Below, one piece after another: positions 32,401-40,847 of a DNA stretch of 64,000 nt. This DNA comes from an uncultured delta proteobacterium (GTDB lineage Bacteria > Myxococcota_A > Polyangia > Fen-1088). The stretch lies in the NCBI GenBank assembly GCA_963767925.1, contig CAVYGB010000008.1:2592001-2656000 (forward strand). The letters are read 5' to 3'. Made by a program: the position numbers and the translations under genes. The number at the start of each line of letters is the position of its first letter. Positions within the stretch are counted from its first letter, which is position 1. The notes below the pieces were generated by a model, which worked only from the letters and a program-made list of their open reading frames with translations, ran no database searches and had not been told where the DNA came from.

Positions 32401-34619
32401 TCGGGGGACAGCTCGCCTACCAGTACGCCGACCTCAACTGCGCCGACCCCGCCGCCACCAACCTCGACCGCGAGTGGTGCAAGCGGGAGAGCCAGACCTC
32501 CTACCGCTGGATGGGGAGCGACCGCGAGTTCGCCATCTCCCGTGGGCTCGCCCGCGAGGTCGACTTCCTGAACTACGCCCAGATCCCCGCCCGCCCGCCG
32601 GGCGGAGTCCAGCTCGTCACCGCCGTCCCCGACGCCGGTGGCCTGGCCTATCACGGCGCCTTCCAGAAGATCGTCACCCTGAAGCAGGACGTGGCCTTGC
32701 CTTACGTCTGCGAGTTCGACGGCGTGGGCAAGACCAAATATACGGACATCTCGCTGGGGCTGGGCCTGGGGGTCAGCGTGGGGCTCGCGATGGGGTTTTA
32801 CATCCCCAGCGAGCACTTCGGCTTCGGGGTCGAGGGCACCGTCGACTTCATCAGCGTGGGCCTCACGCCCACCCTCGGCTACCGGGAGTTCGTGCTCTAC
32901 GACAACAACAACCGCTGGCTCGGCACCCGGGGCGAGACCTACACCGAGGGGCCCTGGGAGGTGAACCTGCTCTCCTGCGGCATCCGGGCGGTGGCCAACT
33001 TCCTGCTGTTCTCGGTCAAGTGGTCGCTGCTCGAGTACCCCGGCTTCAAGGTGGCAGGAGGCAAGCTCTGGGACGTGAGCTGGCCGACCCGCCAGGTCTC
33101 GGCCAACCGGCCCGAGCCACCGGTGGAGGCCCCCTCCACCCCGCCCAGCGTGCCCGACGACCAGAAGCTGACGGTGTTCGAGGGTGAGACCCTGGGCACC
33201 GAGCACCAGGTCGGACGCGCGGTCGGCGACGGCTGGGAGGCCAACGTGGGTCAAGACAACGCCGGCTACCTGGTCAGCGGCCCCGAGACGAGGGACATCC
33301 CCGCCGGCAAGCGGATGGCCACCTTCCGGATGAAGATCGACGTCAACACGGGCAACGATCGCGTCGCGGCCATCGAGGTGGTGGACGCCGCGAACGGGCA
33401 AGTCTACGCGAGCCGGAACGTCTACCGGAACGAGTTCTACGCCACCAACACCTGGATCGACTTCCCCCTGCTCTTCACCGCGCCGGGCGGGCGGGCGGTG
33501 CGCCTGCGCGTGTGGTGGGACGACACCGCCCTGCTCAGCGTGGATCGCATCGTCGTCGGGCCTCAGCGCAGCGACCTGCGCGACGCCATCGCCGTCCACA
33601 ACGGGCACTGGGGCGACTGGCAGGGGGTCAAATATTGCCCCGAGGACAGCTACGCGACCGGCTACCGCATGAAGGTGGAGGGCAACCAGGGCGGCGGCGA
33701 CGACACGGCCTTGAACAGCATCGAGCTCCAGTGCACCGACCGCGCCGGCAACAACGCCAACGTGTCGGCCCACCCCGGCTACTGGGGCGGCTGGAACGGC
33801 TGGAAATATTGCCCCAACAACAGCCTCATCAAGTCCGGATCCCTCAAGAACGAGTGGACCCAGGGGGGCGGCGACGACACCTCGGCCAACTCGGTCCGGG
33901 TCCAGTGCACCGACGGGAGCGAGATGGAGGCGCCAGGCGCCACCCCCTGGGGCGACTGGTACGGCTACGTCGCCTGCCCGGCGGGGCAGGCGGTGTGCGG
34001 CCTGGAGGCCCGCATCGAGAACCCTATCAACGGCGACGACACCGCCATGAACGGCCTGCGCTTCATCTGCTGCCAGTACGAGCGCCGGTCCGACAGCTCC
34101 ACCTCGATCGACCTGCAGGTGGAGGCCAGCGGCGCGGGGAGCTGGGCGGGTGCCAACCGCCAGACGGCCACCTGCGCGAACGGCTCGGCCCTGGCCGGGA
34201 TCAGCCGGCCGACCAACGGCGACTCCACCCACCGGGCGGTGTGCGGGAAATTCCCCGCCCTGACCAGCGGGCCGTCCACCGTGCTGTCGCTCCCCAGCGA
34301 CCAGCGGCGGGCGCAGCGGGGGGGCGACTGGGCTCCGAACAACTGGAAGCTCGAGTGTGGCCTCGACGAATACGTCTCGGGCATCTCCAGGAGCAGCGAC
34401 GGCACCGGCATCCAGTCGATCCGCTGCTCGGCGGGCGGCGGCACCAACCGCGGCTGCGAGCTCCGCTCGGTGGTCGACGGGGCCGGGTACGCCGGGGCCT
34501 ACGGGGACTGGGACCCCAACTACTTCAAGAGCGACTGCCCGGCCAACAAGGCCGTCGTGGGTGTCGCCGTCAGCGTCACCACCGCCCGCGCCAGCGGGGT
34601 GCTGTGTTGCGAGCTTTGA
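29421..34619 (+). CDS. giant multidomain lipoprotein: VOMI x2, C-type lectin, CBM-like, Cys-rich C-terminal repeats
   Basis: lipobox LASC; six WGxW..C / GDDTAxN repeats; CTL motifs AxxxC...LAEI...YWIG...YVCE. Confidence 0.85.
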   Translation: MTSGRRFARYVSLALAGSLASCGGDSPPPEEEDPPPFGGVDPTLNCPAGQVGWDFSTGGGRVIEGAPTTGRKCIPSVCSGKTQRAADMTCVANDLIPEVTLPAAKMADGRFWMEPASTDYNQNWIRKTGEGARPDYRETLEVYGGVWGGWKGMKMCPAGYHGNGYRIRVENPIDGDDTAMNAVQINCVNPQGQSQVITSHDGVWGDWKQWNYCTGSKYLNGVDMKFEDPISGDDTAANDLGFFCGDDRMGLHGGGGGPWGNWKPRAFCGKGRTICGVESRFEDPINGDDTAMNGLKIACCDAPGTGATAANSFRPLYQEVPYRLSAKVPAAGAAFKTRLALWVTKSFVDRRVKAGQSPGDKVPPAEAFVCTLTHLDVQKLAAGEAITQAASRAIGEIISPECVKGLENARLDLERRLQARRLQADRDADAGRITWEQRNTIKEEVYRGISEYVDDGSLVLHLSFDPMGDTYIPPTTAAATLLRFSTGGNAPNPPGFFYQPEWRWVDMITYYQQREIQVPWIGPNGETSGAQSSLLHSAAASAFDLPTKLLFGIKDFKLESSALKLNPFEPSPPAVTVDIDWLVYGDIQANPYSARPGAKRINDVKPPSDRNLRATVEFRPAGTTLAWKAIGKVPLNKDVPVATGSVKSATFFPDKTQTKDLFSQSSGAWRTSSMFDVRVCLDIDGLNPRPESSGPLRLPSVYADSFLFTAGFESNEKGCVTKPTALAITRDFLLRPIQPQRESADVGMVDTTKSGGDDASGATDNGGEKLCMDTATGRRCESESSSSMGGQGFFGRSFYSTETRSSQTENTNGSGSAGAATSAEMFGFQVIDMDDEDMERGWASEAQRPQDAFMLTIEPNWDFIIEGLEVLNPPGPPPRPKFEGKRVKGRMGLGIGVGFEATIQIGPIPGRLTASFGVGFSVALIFTLKFKADGEYPCTGDSNTKCFLASTDRKNQREAARACAKKGARLAEIRGTRDRDGIMAAAEGDQNYWIGGQLAYQYADLNCADPAATNLDREWCKRESQTSYRWMGSDREFAISRGLAREVDFLNYAQIPARPPGGVQLVTAVPDAGGLAYHGAFQKIVTLKQDVALPYVCEFDGVGKTKYTDISLGLGLGVSVGLAMGFYIPSEHFGFGVEGTVDFISVGLTPTLGYREFVLYDNNNRWLGTRGETYTEGPWEVNLLSCGIRAVANFLLFSVKWSLLEYPGFKVAGGKLWDVSWPTRQVSANRPEPPVEAPSTPPSVPDDQKLTVFEGETLGTEHQVGRAVGDGWEANVGQDNAGYLVSGPETRDIPAGKRMATFRMKIDVNTGNDRVAAIEVVDAANGQVYASRNVYRNEFYATNTWIDFPLLFTAPGGRAVRLRVWWDDTALLSVDRIVVGPQRSDLRDAIAVHNGHWGDWQGVKYCPEDSYATGYRMKVEGNQGGGDDTALNSIELQCTDRAGNNANVSAHPGYWGGWNGWKYCPNNSLIKSGSLKNEWTQGGGDDTSANSVRVQCTDGSEMEAPGATPWGDWYGYVACPAGQAVCGLEARIENPINGDDTAMNGLRFICCQYERRSDSSTSIDLQVEASGAGSWAGANRQTATCANGSALAGISRPTNGDSTHRAVCGKFPALTSGPSTVLSLPSDQRRAQRGGDWAPNNWKLECGLDEYVSGISRSSDGTGIQSIRCSAGGGTNRGCELRSVVDGAGYAGAYGDWDPNYFKSDCPANKAVVGVAVSVTTARASGVLCCEL

Positions 34620-34651
34620 GCGGGACCACCTGCATCGACAGGACTGCCATC

Positions 34652-35482
34652 ATGAACACCTCGAAGCGCTCCCTGGAAGCCATCGCCCGCGTCGCGCTCG
34701 TCCTCCTCGCCGCCACCTCGGCCGGCTGCGGGGACGACGGCGGCAGCGTCACCCCCAACCCGGACGGCGGCGCGACTCTCGACGCCGGCGAGGATCTGGC
34801 CTACCCCCCGGGCGGCAACATCCCGCCCCCGCCCGATGGGGCCGAAGCGCCGATCATCACCATCGACGCCAACTACACGCCCGAGCAGGAGTGCTGCCCG
34901 GTGGAGCTGTCGATCCCCGATCCCGACGGCAACGAGGCGGTGGCCCGCCTGCTGGGCGACCAGGCGCCCCTCAACCAGGCAGGCGGCGTGCCGCTGACCC
35001 ACAGCAACGGGCGCTGGCGGGCCACGGTCTGCCTGCCGACCCACACCTGGATCAAATATCGCTTCCACTTCGGCACCAAGATGGTGCCGGCCGAGACCCC
35101 TCCTCCCCCCGACGCCAGCACCAGCGACGGGGAGGTCGACGCCGGCGTCGACGCGGGCACCACGGCCGCCCGGCAGGTCGCCTTCCGGGGCGGCATCCGC
35201 GCCGACGACGCCGACGGGGGCCCGCTGGCCGACGCCGGCGCCGGCCTCGAGTCGGACGGCGACGACAAGCCCGAAGCCGGCGAGGCCATCGACGCCGAGC
35301 CACCTCCCGTCTTCAGCCCCGACGCTCCCCCCGCCGCCGAACCCGACGCCGCGCTGGTCACCGTCGACGACTACCGCTGCACCACCGAGGCCCCCCAGGT
35401 GACCGAGGCCGAGGGGACCTACAACCTCTTTTCCGCCCTCACGACCTGCAGCTCCACCCAGAGCGGCAACGCAGCCCCCTGA
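34652..35482 (+). CDS. lipoprotein with small CBM48/CBM20-like beta domain and DAG-rich low-complexity region
   Basis: lipobox SAGC; LLGD...PL..SNGRW.ATV.LP...IKYRF; 32 bp after the giant gene. Confidence 0.7.
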   Translation: MNTSKRSLEAIARVALVLLAATSAGCGDDGGSVTPNPDGGATLDAGEDLAYPPGGNIPPPPDGAEAPIITIDANYTPEQECCPVELSIPDPDGNEAVARLLGDQAPLNQAGGVPLTHSNGRWRATVCLPTHTWIKYRFHFGTKMVPAETPPPPDASTSDGEVDAGVDAGTTAARQVAFRGGIRADDADGGPLADAGAGLESDGDDKPEAGEAIDAEPPPVFSPDAPPAAEPDAALVTVDDYRCTTEAPQVTEAEGTYNLFSALTTCSSTQSGNAAP

Positions 35483-35577
35483 GCCCGACCGCGCCGTCCA
35501 CGGCGGAACCCGGACCTGCTTGCCGCAGGCCCCCCATCGACTATCTTTAGCTCTGGCGGACCCATTTTTCGGTCCGA

Positions 35578-35617
35578 CCCGGACGAGGTGCGCCGTACCC
35601 GAGGCCAAGACGACGCG
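35578..35617 (+). ncRNA. guanidine-III (ykkC-III) riboswitch
   Basis: CCGGACGAGGUGCGCCGUACCCG...CAAGACGACGC closely matches the recalled ykkC-III aptamer; pseudoknot GCGCCGU/ACGACGC with one mismatch; ~14 nt before an SMR gene. Confidence 0.85.
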
Positions 35618-35631
35618 GAAAGGCCCTCGTC

Positions 35632-35958
35632 ATGTCCTGGTTCCTGTTGCTCCTCGCCGGTGCCCTCGAAGTCTGCTGGGCGGTCGGTCTCAAGTACACG
35701 CACGGGTTCACCCGCCCCCTCCCCTCTCTGCTCGTGGCCGGCTCGGTCGCCGCCAGCCTGTTCCTGCTGGCGCTGGCCGTGCGGACGTTGCCGATCGGCA
35801 CGGCCTATGCCGTCTGGGTGGGCATCGGCGCGGTGGGCGCGGCCCTCGCAGGCATCCTCCTTCACGGCGAGCCGATCACGCCGGCGAGAGCGCTGTTCCT
35901 CGGCCTCCTGCTGCTGTCGCTGATCGGCCTCAAGCTCTCGGCGCCCACCGGCCAGTGA
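35632..35958 (+). CDS. gdx: SMR family guanidinium exporter (Gdx/SugE)
   Basis: [37 protein letters not shown]; riboswitch upstream. Confidence 0.9.
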   Translation: MSWFLLLLAGALEVCWAVGLKYTHGFTRPLPSLLVAGSVAASLFLLALAVRTLPIGTAYAVWVGIGAVGAALAGILLHGEPITPARALFLGLLLLSLIGLKLSAPTGQ

Positions 35959-36573
35959 TCGTCATCGGCGCCGCCTGCGCCGGCCTTGCGGGCATCTCTG
36001 TCGGGCGACGACCTGAAGGGCTTCGCCCGACCCGGACCCGAAGAGACGCAAGCCCCCCAGGACGAGGGTCAGGGCCAGCCCGACCACGGGCAGCCACGCT
36101 TCGTGGCTGTCCCTGAGCTGACCGACCCAGCGCGGAGCCGGAAGCGCCCGCAGGGAATGCTCAGGACCCGCGTCTCTCTCCGCCCGAGACGCCACCGGCC
36201 CGCAGGCCCCCATGAACAGAGCCAGCGCGAGCGCCGCTCGAATCGAAACTGATCGCATCGAAGTTCCTCCTTGGCGCGCCTCCTTGGCAAGGAGCGGGCC
36301 GACCGCGTGCGCCCTCCCGCCCGCAGAAAGCCAGGCCGTTGCTCTCCGCCCGCCACGGCGAGGGCGCCGTCGACAGTCGGACGGTCCAGGCCGCGGACAG
36401 CCCCGTCCAGAGTCCGTCCCTGCGGTTGGATCCGGGACGGCCCGCCCTCCCGCGCGCGCCGCAGGGTCTCGGGGGCATCCTGCAGGTCCGATGCGGAGCA
36501 GGCGCGACGGCCGGGGGCGAACAATTCCCCGTGACGGAACGCCTCCGGTGTCCGTCGGTCCTTTGTCACGCTG

Positions 36574-37002
36574 ATGCAGCAGGTGAGCCCGCAAGCGTAC
36601 CGGGGCAAACGGGTGCGCCTGTCGGCAGACATCGAGACGGCCGGCGTGGAGGGGGCGGGCCTGTGGATGCGCCTCGACGGCAAGACGGTCGACGACCGGC
36701 AGGAGCAGCTCGTCCTCGACAACATGAACGACCGGCGCATCACCGGCACCACCGCCCGCCGGAACTACCAGGTCGTGCTCGACGTCCCCGAGGTGACCAA
36801 GAACATCGCCTTCGGCGTCATGCTCCGCGACGGTGGGTCGCTCGAGGTCGGCAGCTTCGCCCTCGAGACGGTCGGCGCCGAGGTCCCGGTCACCGGCGAA
36901 TGGGGCGGCGCCCGCCCCGCCCCCCGCAACCTCGAGCCCCCAGCAGCCTACTTCCTTCGAGCCGTGACGATCCAGGCCCGCGAGTCGAACAGGACACCCT
37001 GA
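36574..37002 (+). CDS. carbohydrate-binding-like domain of the type found at erythromycin-esterase/regulator termini; probably the 3' part of a degraded gene
   Basis: LMQ....YRGKRVRLSA, GLWMRLDG, DNM.DRRI.GT, Y.VVLDVP....IAFG, P.NL. Confidence 0.6.
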   Translation: MQQVSPQAYRGKRVRLSADIETAGVEGAGLWMRLDGKTVDDRQEQLVLDNMNDRRITGTTARRNYQVVLDVPEVTKNIAFGVMLRDGGSLEVGSFALETVGAEVPVTGEWGGARPAPRNLEPPAAYFLRAVTIQARESNRTP

Positions 37003-38420
37003 CCCGTGTCGTGGGCGGTGAGGACCTCGCGCAGCCTGGCCAGCGCCTCCTGCGCCGGCGACGCTTCCATACCGGCGAGCAGGTCCTTCGTCATCTTCAT
37101 GTCGCACACGAGGTCGTATGCCGCCGCCACGTCGGGCCCGTAGTAGACCGGCTCGTGCACGTCCTCGAAGGCGACCTCGACGAAGCCGGCCCCGCCGAGG
37201 ATGGACTCGACCTTGGCCGGCTCGGCCAGCGAGAACGGATCCGGCCCGCGCGCCGGATGCGCGGGCGCGACGCCGCCGGTGAGCGCGTAGCGGACCGCGG
37301 TCGCCCACTCGTTGCGGTCCTCACCTTGCCAGACCAGCATCACCAGGCGGGCGCCGGCCCGCGCGGCGCGCGCGACGCTGGTGAACGCGGCGACCGGATC
37401 GCTGAAGAACATCGTCCCGAAACGGCTGATGACCACGTCGAAGTGGGCCGGCGGGAGAGGATCGACCTGCACATCACCCCGCTGGTAGGCCACGTTGCCC
37501 AACCCCTCCTCCGCCGTGCGCCGGCGGGCGCGCTCGAGCATCTCGTCGGAGATGTCCACGCCCAGCGCGCCTCCGGAGGTCGCGACTCGGGCGGCATCGC
37601 GGGTCGACTGCCCAGCCCCGCAGCCGATGTCGAGCACCCGGTCGCCCGGGCCGATGCGGGTGGCGACGCGCAGCCGCTGGTTGTGGCGGCGGAGCTCGGC
37701 ATCGTAGTTGTCGGCGAGCCGCCGGCGCGTCGCCCGAGCCTCGATCGAGCAGTCAACCAGGATGTCGGTCAGCTCCCGCGGGCGACTCAACGCCACACAG
37801 TGGCTGGCCGTGATCTCGATCGGCGTGACGCCGAGACGCTCGGAGACGACCCGACGAAGAAAGGCGGCCGGAAAGAAGCGATCCTCCGTGCACAGCACGA
37901 ACCTGGTCGGCACGTCGGGCCTGGCGGCGAGGGGCCAGGGCGAAGCCAGGGCGGCCTCCGACGGATGTGCGCGCTCCTTGCTCATCGCCTCCGCCGCCAG
38001 CGCGGGCGGCACGTCGTGATAGAAGCCGACGTACGGATCCTCGCTCCCGGTCTTGCCGCCGTCGCGCGCGGCCTGCTCCTGCACCGCCTGTCGATAGCCG
38101 GTATTGCCCCACCAGTCCCCCGGAGCCTCACCCGGCGACGGGATCATGCCGGCCACGTAGATCAGCGCATCGACCGGAAGCCGGGCGGCGACCAGCGGCG
38201 CGGTGAAACCTCCGAACGAGTGACCGACGACGACCAGATCCTTCCGGCCGCCGACGGCCTCGACAACCGCCTCGGCGTAGTCGGTCAGCTCCAGCGACGC
38301 ATCGTCCCCGGGAAGGTCCGGGGCCACCACGTCGTGCCCACGCGCACGCAACTCGGCCTCCACCAGATGCCAGTACCAGCCGACGTCACCCGCCCCGTGG
38401 ATCAACACGAAGGTGCTCAT
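36948..38420 (-). CDS. alpha/beta hydrolase fused to class I SAM methyltransferase
   Basis: FVLIHG, GHSFGG, HC.ALSRP then in frame VLDIGCGAG, GVDIS..ML, FDVVISRFG.MFF. Confidence 0.85.
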   Translation of the reverse strand: MSTFVLIHGAGDVGWYWHLVEAELRARGHDVVAPDLPGDDASLELTDYAEAVVEAVGGRKDLVVVGHSFGGFTAPLVAARLPVDALIYVAGMIPSPGEAPGDWWGNTGYRQAVQEQAARDGGKTGSEDPYVGFYHDVPPALAAEAMSKERAHPSEAALASPWPLAARPDVPTRFVLCTEDRFFPAAFLRRVVSERLGVTPIEITASHCVALSRPRELTDILVDCSIEARATRRRLADNYDAELRRHNQRLRVATRIGPGDRVLDIGCGAGQSTRDAARVATSGGALGVDISDEMLERARRRTAEEGLGNVAYQRGDVQVDPLPPAHFDVVISRFGTMFFSDPVAAFTSVARAARAGARLVMLVWQGEDRNEWATAVRYALTGGVAPAHPARGPDPFSLAEPAKVESILGGAGFVEVAFEDVHEPVYYGPDVAAAYDLVCDMKMTKDLLAGMEASPAQEALARLREVLTAHDTGQGVLFDSRAWIVTARRK

Positions 38421-38641
38421 GGCCGGCATTCTGCACCGGGGCAGCGCCAGGTGCCCACTGCGCGGCCGGGCGCCGTGGGGGGACGAACGTTCAGGATGGG
38501 CGGCCGAAGCGGCGGCGCACGCGGTGCAGGCGAAGGACGCGCCGGCGCGGGCCAGGGAGGCGAGGCCGCGCAGGGTCCCGGGGTACGCCTGCAGGGAGAC
38601 GCAGGCTCGCTCCTGGGTGGTCCAGAGCTCCGTCCAGCACT

Positions 38642-39076
38642 CTACTCCGTGTACACCGTCTCTTCCGGGACGTCGGTGGGGCTCTCGAAGAGGAGGCGAT
38701 AGCCGTCGGGGTCGGTGAGCTCGGTGACCCAGAGACCGTTTCCGACGAAGGGGGTGCCGGCTTCGATCCCCCGCGACCGGAACTGCTCGTAGAGGGCGAT
38801 CGCGTCGGCGCACATGAAGCAGATCGAGACCCCCTGGCCCAGCTTGACTTCGGGACGGAAGGACGCCTCGCCGACCCTCGCGTACTCCTGCAGCATCAGG
38901 GCGGCGCTGCCGATCTCCAGCCAGCACCACCGGGTCTTCCCGTCGACCACCCACTGGTTGGTCACCCGGAACCCCAGCCCGTCGACGTAGTAGCGCAGGG
39001 TAACTTCCATGCTAGCGACGCCGAAGAACGGCACCGCCTGTTTCACGTTGGGATCGCGCGCGGGCTCCGCTGCCAC
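38642..39076 (-). CDS. VOC (glyoxalase/bleomycin resistance) family protein
   Basis: YYVDGLGF, LML.E, DPDGYRL.F. Confidence 0.88.
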   Translation of the reverse strand: MAAEPARDPNVKQAVPFFGVASMEVTLRYYVDGLGFRVTNQWVVDGKTRWCWLEIGSAALMLQEYARVGEASFRPEVKLGQGVSICFMCADAIALYEQFRSRGIEAGTPFVGNGLWVTELTDPDGYRLLFESPTDVPEETVYTE

Positions 39077-39129
39077 GCTCCCAGCTTACCTCGATCGCCT
39101 GCGGCCGTGCGGCGCGCTCGACCCCGTGG

Positions 39130-40404
39130 CTAACGACAGGCTTCGCGCGGGGGGTCGAGGTGGGGGGACTTCAGGATGGAGCTGAAGCGGTAGCGGTTCG
39201 CTTCCTCGCAGAACTCGTCCAGCGGCAGGTCGTATTCGGTGTGGAAGACCGGCTTGCCCGCCTCGATGAACGGGAGCAAGCGTTCGCACTCGTTGTACTC
39301 GAAGCACTGCTCATTGACGGAGAAGTCGAAGTCGGCCACTAGATCTCGCACCTGATTCACGTCGTTCTTCAGGGCGACGGCCAGGCCCCGCCGGTGGGCC
39401 TCGGCGGCGACGAGCCGGTTGTACCGGATCTGGTCCTCGTACGTCAGATCGAAGCCGGACGACTCATGGGCCGAGGTGTCGTAGCCGTCGAGGTTGTCCG
39501 GCTCGACCGCGTCACACCCCTTCTCCACCGCCAGGTCCAGGCGCGAGCGGATGATCGGCAGCAGGAGGTCGATGGCCCGGATGTCGAGCCAGTTCTCGTC
39601 GGGGAACCCGTGGTACTCGTCGCCGATGACCGATTCGGGGAAACGATCGGCGTCCTCGCGCCAGTCCTCCCAGGCGCCCAGGTTGACGTAGCAGATCACC
39701 CGGCGTCCGCTCGCGTGCAGATCGGCCACCACGTCGCCGGAGTTGTCGAACAGGTCGATGTCGTAGACCTCGACGTCGTGATCGGCCGAGATGGGGGACC
39801 TGAGCTGCCAGTCCCACGTGGTTCCCACGCCCGGCCGCCACCATCCACCCCCCGACTGCGACGGCGGGAGGGGGGGCGGTGCTGGTGGAGGCGGTGGGGG
39901 CGGAGGAGGAGGTGGGGGTGGTGGTGGTAGAGGCGTCGGCGATGCCGGTGGAGGCAGCGGCGGGGCGGGCGGGAGCGGTGCAGGTGCCGGGGGCGGTGCT
40001 GGGGCGGGCGGCGCCGGTGATGGTGGAGGCGGGGGAGCTGGCGCCGGCGGAGGTCCTGGAGCGGGAGGAGGCGGTGCGGGCACCGGCGGAGGTACTGAAA
40101 CGGGCGGCGCCGGTAGTGGTGGAGGCGGGGGTGGCGCGGGTGGGGACGGGGTTGGTGGGGGCGGCGTCGGGTTCGGCGGCAACGGCGGGGCCCCGCCAGC
40201 ATCGCCCGGCGAAACCGGTCGAACGGGAACCGACGCGTCGGCCGAAGGACGGTCGTTGTGGACGCTGGACCCGGCCTCTGCCGTCGCGGAACCGTCCCTC
40301 CGCACCGGCGCGTCCGACGAGAGCATATTCCGAGGAACAGCCGACTCGGTCTGACAGGCCCCGGCCGCGAGCAAGATGAAAAGCGATAAGCCCCGCCTGA
40401 TCAC
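39130..40404 (-). CDS. GH114 endo-alpha-1,4-polygalactosaminidase-like lipoprotein with poly-Pro linker
   Basis: WWRP..GTTWDWQL, VYDIDLF, VICY, ENWLDIR, KGCDAVEPDNLDGY, LKND, NEQC..YNEC, GKPV..EY. Confidence 0.9.
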   Translation of the reverse strand: MIRRGLSLFILLAAGACQTESAVPRNMLSSDAPVRRDGSATAEAGSSVHNDRPSADASVPVRPVSPGDAGGAPPLPPNPTPPPPTPSPPAPPPPPPLPAPPVSVPPPVPAPPPPAPGPPPAPAPPPPPSPAPPAPAPPPAPAPLPPAPPLPPPASPTPLPPPPPPPPPPPPPPPAPPPLPPSQSGGGWWRPGVGTTWDWQLRSPISADHDVEVYDIDLFDNSGDVVADLHASGRRVICYVNLGAWEDWREDADRFPESVIGDEYHGFPDENWLDIRAIDLLLPIIRSRLDLAVEKGCDAVEPDNLDGYDTSAHESSGFDLTYEDQIRYNRLVAAEAHRRGLAVALKNDVNQVRDLVADFDFSVNEQCFEYNECERLLPFIEAGKPVFHTEYDLPLDEFCEEANRYRFSSILKSPHLDPPREACR

Positions 40405-40709
40405 CGGACCCACAGTATCACCCCTGACCCGCAGCCAGAAGTGACACCGGTCTCGAGGTTTATCGGGCCTTCTGGCGGTCGGCATCCTCGCCGGGGATAT
40501 CCGTGCCGCCGACGCTCCCCCTTCGTGGCGCCAGCGTCGCGGTCGTCCGTCAGCGCAGCTGGAACAGGCGGGGCACCAGCCGCGGGTCGCGAACAGCGGC
40601 CGGGCGGTGTCGCCGTCGATCTCGTGAATCTACGGGAGGGAAGCGGGGCCCAAGTCGATTTGAAGTAAAAGTCACTTTCACCCTCGGGAGAGGAAGCGAC
40701 GTCGGCGCG

Positions 40710-40737
40710 GGTCCAGGGGGCGGCTGCCCCCTGGACC
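40710..40737. repeat. perfect 12-bp hairpin (REP-like or terminator)
   Basis: ggtccagggggc-ggct-gccccctggacc. Confidence 0.55.
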
Positions 40738-40847
40738 TGTCGGAGTGAACCCCCGACGGTCACGCCCTCGGCTCTTCAGGCGAACCCGGGATGAGCGAAA
40801 CGCGCTCTCATCCAATCACGTTCGCCCGCCGAGCCTCTCGCGGTGCT

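Noticed and set aside
29850..34073. Recurring GGCGACGACACCGCC repeats as a CRISPR or DGR signal
   Set aside because: They encode the GDDTA motif of the protein repeats; no array periodicity, cas genes or reverse transcriptase
30000..34232. 1410-aa antisense ORF
   Set aside because: Mirror of the giant lipoprotein caused by GC3 bias; no motifs
35962..36258. Small minus-strand ORF starting MRSVSIRAALAL
   Set aside because: Signal-like start but no recognisable domain and degraded surroundings; cannot be supported
40057..40067. tggagcgggag match to the tRNA-Gly 3' end as a second att site
   Set aside because: Only 11 bp, inside the poly-Pro coding linker; expected by chance
39860..40200. G-rich low-complexity tract as a DNA repeat element
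   Set aside because: It is the antisense of the poly-Pro linker of the GH114 gene
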